Shown in pieces: positions 62,498 to 64,000 of a stretch of DNA of 64,000 nt (positions are counted from its first letter, which is position 1; the number at the start of each line of letters is the position of its first letter). This stretch comes from a virus, in IMG/VR virus record IMGVR_UViG_3300017991_000051, positions 64,001-128,000 of that record, one strand, 5' to 3'. Under the pieces are notes generated by a model. That model saw nothing but the letters and a program-made list of their open reading frames with translations, was not told the DNA's origin and searched no databases. Position numbers and translations under genes: made by a program.

Positions 62498-62836
62498 TTA
62501 GCCCATCAACCGGTCAACGAAGACCTGATCAGCGGACGGCTTCTCGTTATCGTTGGCCTTGGTTTCGTCGCCCTGTCCGATGGAAGGGGCCTGTACCAGT
62601 GCCGCCGTTTTCTCCAGCATCTCGAGAATTTCTACCGGGTTTTCGCTCAGCGCCTTAACCTTTGCCTCCTTCAGATGAGGACTGACGAGGCCTTGCTGTA
62701 TCAGCGCGTCAACGACTGCCGGAGCCTTCTCTGAGAGCGTACTCGTCTGCTGGGATGCCTTCTCCAAAATGGATTGTGCACCACCAACATACTCTACAAC
62801 CTTACGCAGCTTGTCAAGATCATAAAGAACGTTCAT
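62498..62836 (-). CDS. hypothetical head-assembly protein
   Basis: Helical, K-x-A motifs; lies between the scaffold and decoration genes. Confidence 0.6.
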   Translation of the reverse strand: MNVLYDLDKLRKVVEYVGGAQSILEKASQQTSTLSEKAPAVVDALIQQGLVSPHLKEAKVKALSENPVEILEMLEKTAALVQAPSIGQGDETKANDNEKPSADQVFVDRLMG

Positions 62837-62839
62837 CAG

Positions 62840-64000
62840 TTATTCTCCCTTCTTGTCGTCTTCCTTCGGAGCGTCGGCGTTCCGCGCGGCAGCGATCTTC
62901 TCGACCGCCTTACGCAGTTCAGCTTTCTTCTCCTCAGTCGACATATCTTTCCAAGCCTTCTGTTCAGGCTCCGTCTTCGCTTCAGCAACCTTCGGTGCCT
63001 CCGCCTCGGCGGCGACTGCTTCCTCGGCTACTGCCGGAACCGCTGCTGCCGCTTCCGCGGGGACGGCTTCGCCACCACCCTCGGCCAGTGCCAACAGTTC
63101 TTCCGGTGTCACTCCGGCTTCGATCAACGCTTGCACGATCTGTGCGAGATCGTCCTCGGCGGGCCCCTCGGCAACCGCCCCAACGTCCGAAGCGTCTTCC
63201 ATTACCGGCGCCGCGTCACCCGCCGCTTCGGGGGCAACATCTTCGACCGGCATTGGCATGGCCGACTTGCTCTTGAATCCCTTCAAGAATTCGTCCACGT
63301 TTATAGCGTCGACCTCCGCGCTCTTCAGCACGCTGCCAACGATTTCTTCCGCTGATGCCTGTGAGGTTGCTTCCTCACCCATCTGCAACTGGTCGGTGAC
63401 CAGCGATGCCGCCTCTTTGCCGGCCTCTTCGGCCTGCTTCACGGACTCGTCGGACTTGTCTTCCGCTTCAGCGGACTTTGGGCAGGGGTTATCCTCCGCC
63501 TCCGACTCGTCGTCCTTATCCTTGTCCTCGGCCTTCTCCTTCATATCCTCGGCCTTTTCCTTTAAGGCTGGGGGAAGGTCAGCAGCTGGCTTTTCCTCGG
63601 CGGACTTTTCGCCTTCGGCTGGTTGCTCAGCTTCCGCGGACTTCTCGCCCTCTTCGGCCTGCTTTTCGCCTTCGGCTGGTTTTTCCGCTGATGCCGGCTT
63701 CTCCGCAGCGGCCGTGGCCACCGCGATGTCTGCCAGGATCGTGTCGCCCATGTCACGCAACTGGGCTGCGGAGTACTTTTCGCCCATGTCAGCGCGAGCT
63801 GGCATCGACGTGCCCGGGTCATCCGGCTTCGCCTTTACGCTCGCAGTTTCAACCGACGGATCTTCACCGGTGGGCGCAGCCTTGGTGCCAATGGAATTGG
63901 ACGGAACGTTCTCGCCCCGACCAGGCCCTTCTGCCGCTGCCCCGGAAGCTTCGTCGACTGACTCTGCTGGGATCTCGGACTTCACATCGCTCTCGTTCTC
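62840..64000 (-). CDS. putative scaffolding/core protein, 5' end beyond the window
   Basis: Very Glu/Ala/Lys-rich; frame stays open to position 64000; repeated EKSA/EKQA/KVA. Confidence 0.65.
   Translation of the reverse strand, partial: ENESDVKSEIPAESVDEASGAAAEGPGRGENVPSNSIGTKAAPTGEDPSVETASVKAKPDDPGTSMPARADMGEKYSAAQLRDMGDTILADIAVATAAAEKPASAEKPAEGEKQAEEGEKSAEAEQPAEGEKSAEEKPAADLPPALKEKAEDMKEKAEDKDKDDESEAEDNPCPKSAEAEDKSDESVKQAEEAGKEAASLVTDQLQMGEEATSQASAEEIVGSVLKSAEVDAINVDEFLKGFKSKSAMPMPVEDVAPEAAGDAAPVMEDASDVGAVAEGPAEDDLAQIVQALIEAGVTPEELLALAEGGGEAVPAEAAAAVPAVAEEAVAAEAEAPKVAEAKTEPEQKAWKDMSTEEKKAELRKAVEKIAAARNADAPKEDDKKGE

Noticed and set aside
1-64000. Stop-codon reassignment as in some large phages
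   Set aside because: Long genes are intact under code 11, and TAA, TAG and TGA all end genes at sensible coupled boundaries

Overview
This 64-kb window is part of a large, GC-rich contractile-tailed (myovirus-type) dsDNA phage genome read with the standard genetic code. From about 17 kb to the window end, a minus-strand virion cluster runs right to left: scaffold, decoration, major capsid, neck, two giant fibres, tail terminator, sheath, tube, spike, frameshifted chaperone pair, tape measure, hub, an embedded sigma factor, gp25- and J-like baseplate, fibre genes and a GT9-GT2 glycosyltransferase. The left ~17 kb holds early/accessory genes, a MmcB-like nuclease, an SbcD/Mre11-like nuclease, a primase-like gene, and a GpA-type terminase large subunit on the + strand. 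Portal, prohead protease and lysis genes are not recognisable here. The most unusual signal is seven genes inside the virion cluster that carry Sec-type signal peptides. They include three 1250-1444 aa fibre/adhesin-like proteins strongly enriched in Thr-Asn dipeptides. Several non-exported virion proteins instead carry poly-Ser tags, and the cluster ends in the phage glycosyltransferase. Together these suggest an exported and glycosylated virion-appendage system (inference). Other notable items: a ~350-nt structured non-coding RNA/leader (15.4-15.75 kb); a 4-copy quasi-palindromic motif that may be the promoter for the phage sigma factor; a sigma70-driven phosphoesterase-HTH-HNH-patatin cassette; and two divergent genes sharing one CATG start. 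All calls come from reading motifs by eye; no database search was run.
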